Shown here piece by piece: positions 52,001 to 61,797 of a stretch of DNA of 64,000 bases. The position numbers and the translations under genes were made by a program. Each line of letters begins with the position of its first letter. Position 1 is the first letter of the stretch. Source of the stretch: Obrimoposthia wandeli (taxonomy: Eukaryota). The notes below the pieces were generated by a model that was given only the letters and a program-made list of their open reading frames with translations, ran no database searches and had not been told where the DNA came from. The stretch is from positions 186,001 to 250,000 of the forward strand of contig CDROCS010001361.1 in assembly GCA_977020255.1 (NCBI GenBank). The letters are read 5' to 3'.

Positions 52001-55000
52001 CTATTATCGCACTAAGAGCGAAGTTATCGAAGACATTATTAGATACTAATGAAATAACGTCACGACCTTTTTTTTTTGGACTTCCCTCCACTTTGTCATA
52101 AATTTAGAGAACCCCTCAAAATGACGTTACATTTAACTACTCATAATTGAAAAAAGATTTTAAAATCAAAATACTCCACAATATTGTCTAAAGTAGAAGC
52201 GTATATACGGTTTTCATCAGAGCACCTTTAACATTGAGGATAGAAATAGGGTTGACATCAGAACTTAGACTTTCTCCGATCACGAGTATTTCATGAAGTC
52301 TCGAGGTCGACAAAGTGTTCTTTGACCGTTGCAGTATTTGTGTTTGGATTGCCACACATATTATACCTTTTTTTCAGCACAAACAATTCGTAGACAGCAA
52401 AAAAATTTGGAAATTATTTATTAAATGATCAAAATTCATATGAATATCGTCGCACGAGTTTCTTTCATAAGCTTTGATTGTATTTATTTATCTATTAACG
52501 GCTGTCCAAGCAGTGTCATAACGTCACATAGCTTTTGCTGTTCCGTGGTGCAACGTAAAACGTTTTTGACCCATTTAGGAGCGCAAAAAAAAATGCTCAA
52601 ATCCGATAAAAACAAACAACTATTTCGGTGAAATTTAATTCTAAACTTATTTGGCCAGTTTGTCCAAAGAAAATTATTGTCATAACTTTTAAAACTTTGT
52701 TTTACAACATGCGATATTAAAAGATGGAAAGCGGGAAAGATCCTATTATTTTCTAGGGTGAATTCGAAATTATCTTAACATTGGAAAAGGAGCATTGCTG
52801 CAAATGGGGACTCGAAATATATATATATATATATATTGTTTTAATCATTATTTGGCACATATGGATTACAATATGAGATATACTACGTTTCTACGATCAT
52901 GTAATATTTCATCACAAAATACGTGCTTATCGCTGTTTTTATTGCTGATTTACGTTTCGCCTTATCTTTGCTCAACAAATAAACATTATGAATTATTTTA
53001 AGTCTATTAGTAACTGAGGGAGAATAAAGAAGAAATTTTAGTAGAGCCCAACAGTTTTTCTGCGCCAGAAACGAAATCTTTTAGCTAGACTGGACAATGA
53101 TTAAATGCATAATCGGACAATAATTGAGACTCAATTTATGTTTTAGCAATATAAGGAAACATTTCAATAATCTCAGACTCGACCATGCCTCAGTATACAT
53201 TCTGGTTACATAATCGTCTGGTATAGGTCCGTGTGAGGAGAACGCGGTGATGGACAGCTGCGCCAACAAGATCTGTCCCAGCAGTTGCGATCACATGAAC
53301 CCTCGAGTCAAGTGCGAGCCGGCTGACACAAGCAAGTGTATCCGTGCCTGCGTATGCAAGACTGGTTACCTCTACCGGGGTCATAAGTGCGTTCCTCGGC
53401 GCAACTGCGACTGCATCAAACCCGTCTTCCGGGGCTGGTTCCAGACTACAACTTCTTCTTCGCTTTCCGGAGGGCTATCCACCAAGGTTAGTGGCGACAC
53501 GACCTTCTGAAGGACCTTCATAACATATACAGTATAATCCCCTTATAAGGAACCACCAAGGGCTCATTTAAAGGGTTCATGAAAATTTATTTCTGTATCA
53601 AATTGCATTAGTAACATTAAATTTAAATGTCAATTGATGAATGTGATCCTTATTGTTTCGTTTTACTATATCAATTTTATCTATAAGATATGGCGCCAGA
53701 AACAAAACGTGCCCAAATTGTTGCATTAAAAAATGCTGGAATTTCTAACAGTGATATAGTAAAGCAGCTGGGTGTGTGTCGCAAAACCGTTTTCAACGTC
53801 TGGAAACGACATAATGAGGAGGCTACAACATTTGAGAAACCTAATCTAGGACGAAAAAGGTCAATCCGTACAAAACGAGTTGCTGAAGCTGTGATGAAAC
53901 GAATCAAGAGGGATCCCCATAGGAGCATGAGAAAAACTGCAAAAGCTATGAATCTCAAAATCCTCAATGCATAGGATATTTAAAAAGGATTTACTGATGA
54001 CTGCATACAAAAAGCAATCTAGGCAGTTAATTTCAGGTGCTTCCAAGAAGAAACGGCTCAACAGGGGCAGAATTATGTTAGCAAAAATGAAGCGCGCCGG
54101 CGAAAAAAAATTGATCTGGTCTGATGAGAAGATATTTACCGTGGAGGCAGTTGCTAATAAGCAAAATGATAGAATTTACGCACGTCATTCTACAGATCTT
54201 CCCGAAGGTAGCAGAACACATTTCAAGCGACAGAAACCAGCTGGAGTCATGGTGTGGGCTGCAGTTGCTTCTGATGGGTCTAAGTCCCTCTGATATTCGT
54301 CGATGAAGGTGTTAAGGTGAACACTAATGTATACATCAAAATTTTGGATGAAAACGTGTTACCCTGGATCACTAGCACATTTGGAGAGAATTATGTATTT
54401 ACTCAAGATGGTGCACCGGCTCACACTCTAATTTGACTCAAAAATGGTGTAAAGATCATTTTTCTGAATTCTGGGACAAGAACGTATGGCCTCCCTCAAG
54501 TCCAGACATTAACCCAATGGACTTTTCTATTTTGTCTATCTTAGAGAGCAATGTTTCCTCTAAATCATACTCAAATGTAGCTGCTCTAAAAGAAGCTCTT
54601 CTTAACACATGGTCCAAGTTTGATGAGGAGGTGGTGCGGCGATCTTGTCAATCAGTGACCACTCTTTTACAGGCTATGGTGAAAGCAAAAGGCGGCCATT
54701 TTGAGATTTGACTATTTTAATATATTAGCAAAATATATGTAAACGTATGGTCCGAGTTTTATTATTCTATCTTAAGTTAACATTGAATAATTTAAAAAAA
54801 AAACATGGGTAAGTCATTATGGGACACCCTGTAGATTACATCTTTGAATTTCTGTTGAAAATTTCCCTTGTCAGGCGACCGGCACTGGGAAATCGGGAGC
54901 TCCGGGTACCAATAGCCAGATGTCATCGTCAACTCTTACGCCCACCACAACACAGTATGTGAGCACTGCCAAGCCAATTGTGGACTTTCCGCAGCTTAAC

Positions 55001-58000
55001 ATCGACCGGTTCAAAGAACTATTCAAACAAAAATCTCAGGGAACGCCACCATGGCTACCTGGACAAACGCCACAAATTAAGTATATGTAAGTTTCTTCAG
55101 AATATTCCTACACAAATGTCATTTTCCAATCTCTGGTGCATATATGGCATAAATATCTATCTATTTCTGTCTGATTTCTACTTAATTATTAACAGATATC
55201 ATTTAATATAGCTACGTGATATCGAAATTTAAAGGTTCATAACTTTTTTTAAACTAAGCAGTTCGTCATAAAACTGAATTCATCAAAATGTTTCAAAGTG
55301 CCTTTGTTGGTCTATAATATTGTAATTTCAGATAAAAATAAGAACCGACTATGTAATATCACTTTAAATATTTCAAATAAGCCATATTCTGATATTTTTG
55401 TAGATTATTTGTCTTCATTCCTTAAGAGATTAATATGCTTATAATGAGTTTCCAACAAAGTCGCCTGCCTTTTTGTCAAAATTTATAGAAAATAAAATTA
55501 CAAGCTCAATTTTTTTGAGAAGAAAGGACGAAAATAGAAAGCTGACCATTCAAAGATCTTAATCGAAGAAATAAGACTATGAAGCCTTAACAATAGTTTG
55601 CCATCAGCAATGAGAAAGTGTAAAAATATTGAAGAATGCAGAAAAAACAAATATTATATTCTTTCGATTAAAAAAGAATATGTTTTTTCAATTCAAAAAA
55701 AACTTTTTTTTTCTTTCGTTTTTTATCACTACAATAAATACTATGTTTTAAATCGCGGTTAGTAATATTTTGGAACGGGATATCTTGTGGTTATAATTAG
55801 AGAATGGTTTATACTATATACCTTTCATTCGATGTTTATTAAACTACAAAAGTGTTGATATTTTTATATGGAAAATCCATCTATTGTTGTCACCGGAATT
55901 GGGGAGTTGTCAGCTCGCATATGGGGTGAGTTCATATAGACCAATTTTTGAGAGTGCCTTTATCATGAAGGGCCACGGAACCATTCTATCCGGGCACGAC
56001 GCCGGCAGGAGCGACCATCAAACCACCAGTAGAGACAACCCGTGTCATCACTATCGCGCCACCACCAAAGGGCCTTACTGCCTCTCCACCAGACCCTAAC
56101 AAGAAGCATACTCCTGCCCCACTCGGCTTCATTGTCACAGCAAGGGCCGGACAGCCACCGCCTGCTGTCACAGGAGCTCCAGTATCGCCATCGCCGCCAC
56201 CACCGTCCGGAGGCAACAACAATCAGCCGGGAGCAGCCTCCAAGGGACCATCCGGAGGAAGTGAGACTCCTTATGTGGTGCTCAAGAGAGAATCCCTGTA
56301 TAAGTCTTAGGCCAAAGGTTGAAGGAAATATGTCCATTATCTACTTTCATCATGAATTACTATCCACTTGTGGTATCCCATCAGCTCCAACAATATCCAT
56401 CTGAAAATAATAAAACACATTTCGACTAGTTGTTTCCACTCCTCTCTCAAACTTCCTGTAATTATCCTAATTTTGTTGCGTCCGATAATCCTATTACTCT
56501 GAATGCATCTGATTCTTACTATTTCAACATTGTTTTCCCCTTGGGCCAGAGCTGCATAAATGTTCATCCACTCGTTTCCAATGACTTCACAGTGGCTGCG
56601 GATCGAAGTAAACACGCTTGCTATCCATATTATTTCCAACTCTGCCAGTCAACCTATCTATCTCTATGTCATCTCTATCACAGTTTCTTTTGAGATATCC
56701 AGAAAACCACTGAACTGAATATTGTAAACCATGTTAATTTATCAACTCCACATAAAGAGCAAACAGTTTGTTGCCTCAGTCTCCCAGCTACAGGTTTGGA
56801 GTCGTGTCTCGTATTGTATACTAGAATCCACCTTACTCGCGCAGATGCCGCTTCGCCGACTCCCAATCCTGGGGTCAGTCCGAATTCCGGCAAGCCAAAG
56901 GGTAGCGGCCAACCAGGCTCCTCTGGCAGAACATCCAGTCCACTACCGGGTAGTGCCTCCACCACGGACGTCTCTATCTTCGACAAGGACCGAGTCACCG
57001 CTAATTCTACACTGCTTGTCAACTGCCAAGTATGGTACGTCCACAAGCACTCGTGTCACCACACATCACTCGGTTGCATCATGGGGACTACGAAAAATAT
57101 TCACAAAAATTAACTTTTATTTTAAAATATCATACCCCAAGTTCTTAATAAACCGTATATCAAAAATTATACAAAATTTCTGCAACAGAAAAAGTTTAGA
57201 TATTTTTGAGTGATAAAAGTATTACTTGAAAATTGATTTTGTCGTTAATCTGAGTATAATTTAACATTTTTCATGTCTTTTCCTTTCAGCGTCTGTACTA
57301 ATGGATTACTGAAGTGCTCCGGTCCTCCTTGTAAATGTGAGTGCACTTTGAACAATTTTATATTTACACTGCGTAAAAATAACAACTGTTATCATTTCCC
57401 TTTAATTAAATATCATATTTGTAATCTAAATGTTTTATTACAAAAGTCAACTTAAAAATTCCATCTCATTCGGATTTTGAGATATCGACATGGTCAAATA
57501 ACACCTTAACATTGATATATATATAGAGTGATATCAATTCGTTATCAGGTACTATCTGCTATGAAAACACAAAGTGCTTCTATTAGTTTCTGATAGATTC
57601 TGTTGTTGCAAACGTTAGCCAAGTATTTCAGTTTGTTATTTCGAAAGATTCAAACTTCTTACTGATATTTAACTGACCATGATTTAATAATAAAGGTTCT
57701 CTAGACATCGAAATTTCGTAATATTTATTCCTTTTATCATTTTCCATAATAATCTCTTCATCTATCTACATCGAATAAAGAAAATTTGAAAGTTACAACG
57801 ATAATTTTATGAATTATAACAAATTTTTAAAAATAACTAAACATTGAGACTGTAAACAGAGAAGCCTTAAATGGATACGTTGCCTTAATGCTTTCAATAT
57901 TTATAGTAATTTTCATCATAATCAAAGCGTTCAAATTCGGATACTTGTCTAGACTCATTGTGTTAGAGAAAGGCAGTGATTACTGTGGTGGGGGTATACA

Positions 58001-59635
58001 GCTTCAGAGACCGGATGGAGCGAGTGGAGCGGCTGGTCTCCCTGCAGTGCTGTCTGTCACCGCGGCATCAAGCGTCGATTCCGCCGTTGTCAGTCCGGCC
58101 TCAACTGCGCATCTGCCAAGGACAAAACGGTGCTCCCTACCGGGATCCGGCGAGTCGACCTTGGTAGTGGGGTCCAGGCCGAAGAGAGCCATTGCGATGT
58201 TCCGCGTTGCTCATGCGTCTTCTCTCGAGACGTTTTCAAGGTCGGTGAAACATTCGCGTGTAAAATTTATATAGCCCTACATGACAGTTCAGGATTTTTG
58301 TACATTTCCTTTTTTCGATATGGCCACCTTATCATGCAGACTTAAATCCCGTTGAAAATATTTGGGGTTTACTCAAAAGAAGCATTTGAAAGGAATCCCA
58401 TTAAAAACAAAAGAACAGCTTAAATCAAGAAATCACCTGGTGCTGATGAATTCCTGTGAAAACACTCAAAAACAAATTCCTAAAGTACATGGAATTTCGT
58501 TAACCTCGAGTAATCTTGTATAATGGTCGATGTACAAAGTATAAACAATATATATATATTAACACAATACAGCGATTCGTAGATTGGAACTTTTTTGGTG
58601 TTTTATAGTAAAGTATTTTTAGTTTTTCAGGTAAATTAAGAATATAATTCAACATAAAATTTCGCAGCTATTTTATAACATTTCATTTATGTTAGGTTTC
58701 TTATTTCAATCTGAAAATGTCGAGGTCAAGACTTCTAGGAGGCTTTAAAATAAGCATTTGTCCCGTTAAGCATATTTAGCCTAAATAAAAGGTAGTTACT
58801 AATTTTTTTTCTCTCATATTGTGTGACTGATTTGATATTATCCATAATATATTGAAATTTAAACTTACATTTTATTACTTATAAATAAATGTAGTAATTT
58901 ATGTATTGTTTAAAATTAATTACTGGATAAATTTGTCAGTTTGCTAGATTATCCTGATAAATATCACGCCCACAAATGCGTAGATCTATCTTGGAGAAGA
59001 GGACGTACGCAAGTACAAGATGGACCTCAATATCGTCTGGGTAGAGAAGGACGGCAAGAAGGGTCTCACCCACGCCAGTGAACAACTGCGCCCGGGAGAC
59101 ATTGTTCCTAGTGAAGAGACGGCCTTGATAAACTGCGGACACTGGTGAGACTTACTTTTTCTGGCTCTTCATGCTAAGTAGATAATAAATTATATCATTT
59201 TAAATAATGGTGTTTATTTATAATTTATCAATGCTGATACAGACTTGATAATGCTGAAGAATGGATACAAGGAACCCATTATAGAGAAACAACTACATTC
59301 CGTTATATATGAGTTCTAGTGAAATCCTTCATATTATTTGTATGATCGTCCCATATTCCATTGGATTTCGACAGTTCAAAATAACTGTAAACAAAGTGTG
59401 GCCACAAATAGGGCTTGTTTCACAATTATTTAAAGTATGTAATATGATTTCTAACACACCTTCTGCTAGTTCCGTACGTATTTTAAATAAACAAAGTAAA
59501 TTGTTATGAAATTAATTAGATGGCTTTCTTTTTTAAGTCAATTTTTGAGTAACACTATAATTCTAAATTAATTTACCTTTTTATTTCAGCAAATGCAACA
59601 ACGGAAGATTTGAGTGTCAGCGTGACTGCAAATAA
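824..59635 (+). CDS. Giant multi-exon gene: secreted Lys/Thr-rich repetitive protein with discoidin-like repeats and C-terminal TSP1/TIL/VWC modules (flatworm adhesive protein ap2-like); 5' end outside window
   Basis: Exons 824-1020, 2202-2436, 3411-49482, 51302-51528, 51698-51856, 53227-53486, 54875-55086, 55971-56260, 56845-57034, 57290-57336, 58002-58240, 58984-59144, 59590-59635. All 12 junctions have AG acceptors, GT (one GC) donors and matching phases (0,1,2,1,1,0,2,1,2,1,0,2). The joined frame ends ...KCNNGRFECQRDCK*. Nominal coding length in the window is about 48.3 kb (about 16,100 codons). Confidence 0.85.
1160..1900 (+). mobile_element. Decayed L2/CR1-clade LINE reverse transcriptase remnant in intron
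   Basis: Broken but ordered motifs: DLAA.DT (about 1162), YTSLFEKIIKTYYSF/RLYDDSQ (YADD region, about 1300-1370), IENLINEIFIWMKSRQLKLTDSKTEAIL (about 1415-1497), NRLQTI (about 1755), HLINIRWFPINTIIRFKFLLI (about 1827-1890; L2-type LHWLP..RI.FK motif). Confidence 0.6.
2202..2436 (+). CDS. Internal exon, C-terminal half of a discoidin-like domain
   Basis: Branch-point-like CTAAC at about 2177, ccacag| acceptor; translates VNIYGDGVEFLEEYSLL...FASLIHLVFRTSVCTHGVKRNTIFVEILGWFTTKK. It ends AAG|gcaaga in phase 1. Confidence 0.75.
2437..3410 (+). other. Non-canonical GC-AG intron
   Basis: Donor AAG|GCAAGA and acceptor tttcag|AT. G+AT=Asp joins the exon in frame to the 3455 ORF frame (D-C-N-S-R-T-G-T-V-Y-R-F-E-E-Q-L-K-I-G). 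Confidence 0.65.
3411..49482 (+). CDS. Giant ~46-kb coding exon (repeat core), broken in this sequence by about 16-18 small indels
   Basis: Continuous protein-repeat coding with no intron-like insert. Consecutive ORF-track ORFs (2980, 564, 937, 3507, 1019 ... 1026 aa) continue the same repeats in shifted frames. It ends TAC TC|gtgagt in phase 2. Confidence 0.8.
3986..28532 (+). repeat. Coding tandem array A: 44 x 558 bp (186 aa), with alpha and beta variants
   Basis: Period of 558 bp, also visible in the spacing of the minus-strand shadow ORFs. Unit: CKPKKILQDKRLTDIKV...VKTTLNVKGC plus linker VKRRIVTTSTTKKSKPETTTTTKKPVKA. 13 units are beta type (KEITVEELEN). Confidence 0.95.
28533..29543 (+). 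repeat. Two single-copy divergent (relic) units between arrays A and B
   Basis: Same skeleton (KLRPNP..PKDGL ... SLNIKGC / LLYIKRC) but strongly diverged and AT-rich; each carries an additional NCT motif. Confidence 0.85.
29544..48862 (+). repeat. Coding tandem array B: 19 x ~1020 bp (340 aa) heterodimer B1+B2
   Basis: B1 is CTGKKIIEDKKLTTIK...VKVTLNVKGC and B2 is CKKPVALIQKKKMV...VAVKFSGC, joined by short Thr-rich linkers. I counted 19 B1 starts from 29544 to about 47890. Confidence 0.95.
48863..49482 (+). CDS. Unique Lys-poor terminal repeat unit plus start of a VWC-like module
   Basis: CNLPTSLFDS...LLVNISGC, then a TTTTQAP linker, then CVHLGKSYPTGKIFPSSVECMYS, which continues in the next exon as VCTNGRIVPIVKC. 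Confidence 0.75.
51302..51528 (+). CDS. Exon: end of VWC-like module and TSP1 domain
   Basis: gtgcag|A GTG TGC...CTA G|gtaatg; WSAWSDCSKPCGAGRSSRRKIC...QPCFKKPC (WSxWxxCSxxCGxG..R motif). Confidence 0.9.
51698..51856 (+). CDS. Exon: spondin-type TSP1 domain
   Basis: ttgcag|AG GCA TGC...AAA T|gtaagt; CKMSQWSSWSECRNQTCRSEYQTRYRVV...CQEPLVQSKRC. Confidence 0.9.
53227..53486 (+). CDS. Exon: TIL (trypsin-inhibitor-like cysteine-rich) domain
   Basis: gtatag|GT CCG...ACC AAG|gttagt; CEENAVMDSCANKICPSSC...CEPADTSKCIRACVCKTGYLYRGHKCVPRRNC (10-Cys TIL pattern). Confidence 0.9.
53690..54831 (+). mobile_element. Defective Tc1/mariner-superfamily transposon, maT (DD37D) type, intronic
   Basis: HTH N-terminus MAPETKRAQIVAL..., WSDEKIF, TQDGAPAH, WPPSSPDINPMDF. 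There are 37 residues between the last two Asp after restoring one lost base, and three frameshifts (about 53955, 54288, 54428). The right TIR ...CATGGGTAAGTCATTATGGGACACCCTG is followed by TA (54832-54833). Confidence 0.9.
54875..55086 (+). CDS. Exon: Ser/Thr/Gly/Pro-rich linker
   Basis: ttgtcag|GCG ACC...TAT AT|gtaagt; ATGTGKSGAPGTNSQMSSSTLTPTTTQY...PPWLPGQTPQIKY. The phases fit both neighbours. Confidence 0.8.
55440..55660 (+). mobile_element. Possible decayed 3' end of an L2/CR1-type LINE ORF2
   Basis: Fragments NEFPTKSPAFLS and NSLPSAMRKCKNIEECRK resemble the C-terminal WNSLP..IR motif. They are short and degenerate. Confidence 0.3.
55971..56260 (+). CDS. Exon: Pro/Thr/Gly-rich low-complexity region
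   Basis: atgaag|G GCC ACG...GGA A|gtgaga; ATEPFYPGTTPAGATIKPPVETT...VSPSPPPPSGGNNNQPGAASKGPSGG. It is a GC-rich island in AT-rich intron. Confidence 0.8.
56845..57034 (+). CDS. Exon: Gly/Ser/Pro-rich linker and start of VWC-like Cys cluster
   Basis: cgcgcag|AT GCC...GTA TG|gtacgt; AASPTPNPGVSPNSGKPKGSG...DRVTANSTLLVNCQV(C). Confidence 0.8.
57290..57336 (+). CDS. Small exon completing a VWC-like module
   Basis: ctttcag|C GTC TGT...AAA T|gtgagt; gives NCQVCVCTNGLLKCSGPPCK. Confidence 0.85.
58002..58240 (+). CDS. Exon: TSP1 domain
   Basis: atacag|CT TCA GAG...TTC AAG|gtcggt; GWSEWSGWSPCSAVCHRGIKRRFRRC...EESHCDVPRCSC. Confidence 0.85.
58984..59144 (+). CDS. Penultimate exon
   Basis: gcgtag|ATC TAT...CAC TG|gtgaga; IYLGEEDVRKYKMDLNIVWVEKDGKKGLTHASEQLRPGDIVPSEETALINCGH(C). 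Confidence 0.8.
59590..59635 (+). CDS. Terminal coding exon
   Basis: tttcag|C AAA TGC AAC AAC GGA AGA TTT GAG TGT CAG CGT GAC TGC AAA TAA; completes NCGHCKCNNGRFEC. Confidence 0.85.
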
Positions 59636-59681
59636 ACCGAACAGTTTGAAATGATCTTGATCAATATTCTGAAAATTACAC

Positions 59682-59687
59682 AATAAA
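59682..59687 (+). terminator. Candidate polyadenylation signal of the giant gene
   Basis: AATAAA 46 nt after the stop codon, followed by a T-rich tract. AATAAA is common in AT-rich DNA, so support is positional only. Confidence 0.45.
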
Positions 59688-60577
59688 TTTATGCCTATAT
59701 TTGTCTCTTTTATTCGACATTATGTACCCTTTTATTTGGAAATCCTAAAACTTTAAAAAAAATATTACAGTAATTATTTAAAAAACATCTTATTTATCTA
59801 CATTTTGAACTGAATAAGAATTTTATGCTATTGATGTTTAACCGTTAATAGCAAATTGTGCTTAAATGTGTTATGCTCACGAACGCAGTCTCCATCGACT
59901 CTAATTTTAGAGCATCTATTTAATATTCTTATCAGATGTTCCTATCAAAAGTTAATCGACTACAATTTCAAATTCAAAATTATATTTAACCTATTTAAAT
60001 GCACATTTAAAAAAACACATAATAATCATATAATTTGAAATATTACTAAATTTAAAAATCTTAATTATCTAAATTTTGAACTGAAAACGAGTTTTATGCT
60101 GCTGCTGTTATCTACCTACTTTAGGCTAAAAGGTTATATAGCCAACACTTTGACAGTGTATATTCAAATTAGAAGGCGTAATATTCAGTGAAATGACAAA
60201 CGTAGTAAATGCATCGACGATGGAATATATTTAAATATTTGAAAGATGGAGTATTTATCGTTGCTTTAATATTTCTAAAAAATTGTAGATTCTAATGCAA
60301 GATTTTGTAGATACTAATGCAAGATTTATTGCAAATGTAACCCTTGGGAAAAAAAACTATTATGTGTGTATTCTTTAGAAAACTATTTATTCGGGTTAAA
60401 TTATATCATGCTCACATTGTCGTTAGGATCAAAAGATATTTTACTATAGGTTACGTCATAAGGTTAAAGATGTTCTTTTATTAATTTCCTATTTAAAAAG
60501 AGGGGTTATTGAAATGTTATAAATTATTATTGTTTATAAATGAAAAAACAAATTAGAAAACAAAGATACAAAAACAT

Positions 60578-61015
60578 TTATTTACTTATTCCATCAAGTA
60601 TTTTCCATATAGAAGTCACCAATCCACTAGGTCCGATCTTGTAACTTTGTATCTTCATATTTATATTCCATTGTAATCCAGTTGGGCATTCAATTAATAT
60701 TGATCCATATATATTTCTGAAAATGGCTTCATCTCCTTTGATAATGAATTTGGGTTCTTGTAGACAATACTCACAATTAATTTTTGTAAGTATTTTATTT
60801 ATTCTTTCAACATCAATTTTAATAATATTTGAAATGAGGTAATTGAATTTCTGTTTTTCCACCGATACTGTAAATCTGAAATTATAATGGATGGGGTTCT
60901 TGAGAAAATGCATCTCGTAACCATGATAAGTATGAACACGTTGATACAAATCGGTAATGGCTTGCATTTTGATAAAAAAAATATGAAATTTCTCATCGTT
61001 TATATATAAAATCAA
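60578..61015 (-). CDS. Orphan intronless ORF (130-145 aa), possibly of viral or mobile-element origin
   Basis: An uninterrupted ORF in very AT-rich DNA with globular-like composition (MQAITDLYQRVHTYHGYEMHFLKNPIHYNF...). I recognise no family. Confidence 0.4.
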   Translation of the reverse strand: MILYINDEKFHIFFIKMQAITDLYQRVHTYHGYEMHFLKNPIHYNFRFTVSVEKQKFNYLISNIIKIDVERINKILTKINCEYCLQEPKFIIKGDEAIFRNIYGSILIECPTGLQWNINMKIQSYKIGPSGLVTSIWKILDGISK

Positions 61016-61215
61016 TGTAGATAATAACCAATGAGAGTTAAATGGTGTGTTTATAGAACATTATTAATTATTAATTATTTAAAACAAATTATCTATAGAA
61101 TATTCTAGTTAAATATTTATATTATATTTGTTTTATCGCATCAATGAATTAATTATTAAAAAAAAAGTGTTTGATTAATCGATTTTATCAGTAAATCATA
61201 AATTAAAATTACATC

Positions 61216-61407
61216 ATGGAAGAGGAAAAAATGGAGATGATCCGCAAAAGAATTCTGGATCTTGAAGAAATATCCTTTAAAGAGAAAGTACAGAAGCTTC
61301 AACCGTTTATGATCAGAGAAGCTTTGGAGGTAGAGGAGATACCTGGGTTTGTGAGATTTAACCCAGGGCATGTCCCTACATTTATTCATGCTCCTCAGTG
61401 GACTTGA
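61216..61407 (+). CDS. Orphan 63-aa ORF, divergent from the previous ORF
   Basis: MEEEKMEMIRKRILDLEEISFKEKVQKLQPF...; it is a purine-rich coding-like island followed by a stem-loop and AATAAA. Confidence 0.45.
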   Translation: MEEEKMEMIRKRILDLEEISFKEKVQKLQPFMIREALEVEEIPGFVRFNPGHVPTFIHAPQWT

Positions 61408-61441
61408 TTAATTACAAAGTAACCTATGAGAATGAACAACC

Positions 61442-61457
61442 GGCCCTCTTCAGGGCC
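61442..61457 (+). promoter_or_regulatory. Histone-mRNA-type 3' stem-loop
   Basis: GGCCCT-CTTC-AGGGCC: a perfect 6-bp stem with a 4-nt loop, an A/C-rich 5' flank (ACAACC), 34 nt after the stop codon and immediately followed by AAATAAA. Confidence 0.6.
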
Positions 61458-61797
61458 AAATAAAACTTTGATTGTGTCTTTTTTATTATTATTTTATTGT
61501 TATTGCCTACGTTTCTTTTTAAAATACTTAACATTATAATTTTTGTAGGTATAAAGTCTAAAGTAAACATAAGGTCTATTCATTTTATAAATATTTAGTT
61601 TTCATTTAACCTTTTTTATTTAATATTTATCCTATTACTTAAGATCTAAACTATATAAGTTTTAATTAGTAGTCTAAAAAAAGAAGACATTTTTAGCACA
61701 TATTTTGCAAATAGTTGTAAAAAGTTTAAATATATTTTTTAAATTATAAGCTGTTAATAAATATTTTTAAATGTTTCTGCATACTATCAAATTGGTT

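Noticed and set aside
56337-56693. Overlapping 87-100-aa ORFs inside the 56261-56844 intron
   Set aside because: No recognisable motif and no compatible splice sites; ORFs of this size are expected by chance.
58241-58345. Read-through extension of the TSP1 exon (VGETFACK...)
   Set aside because: The next exon requires phase 0, which matches the donor at 58241; the extension runs into intron-like sequence.
59745-60115. Degenerate ~270-bp-spaced duplication after the 3' UTR
   Set aside because: Only about 50 bp of AT-rich similarity and no evident function.
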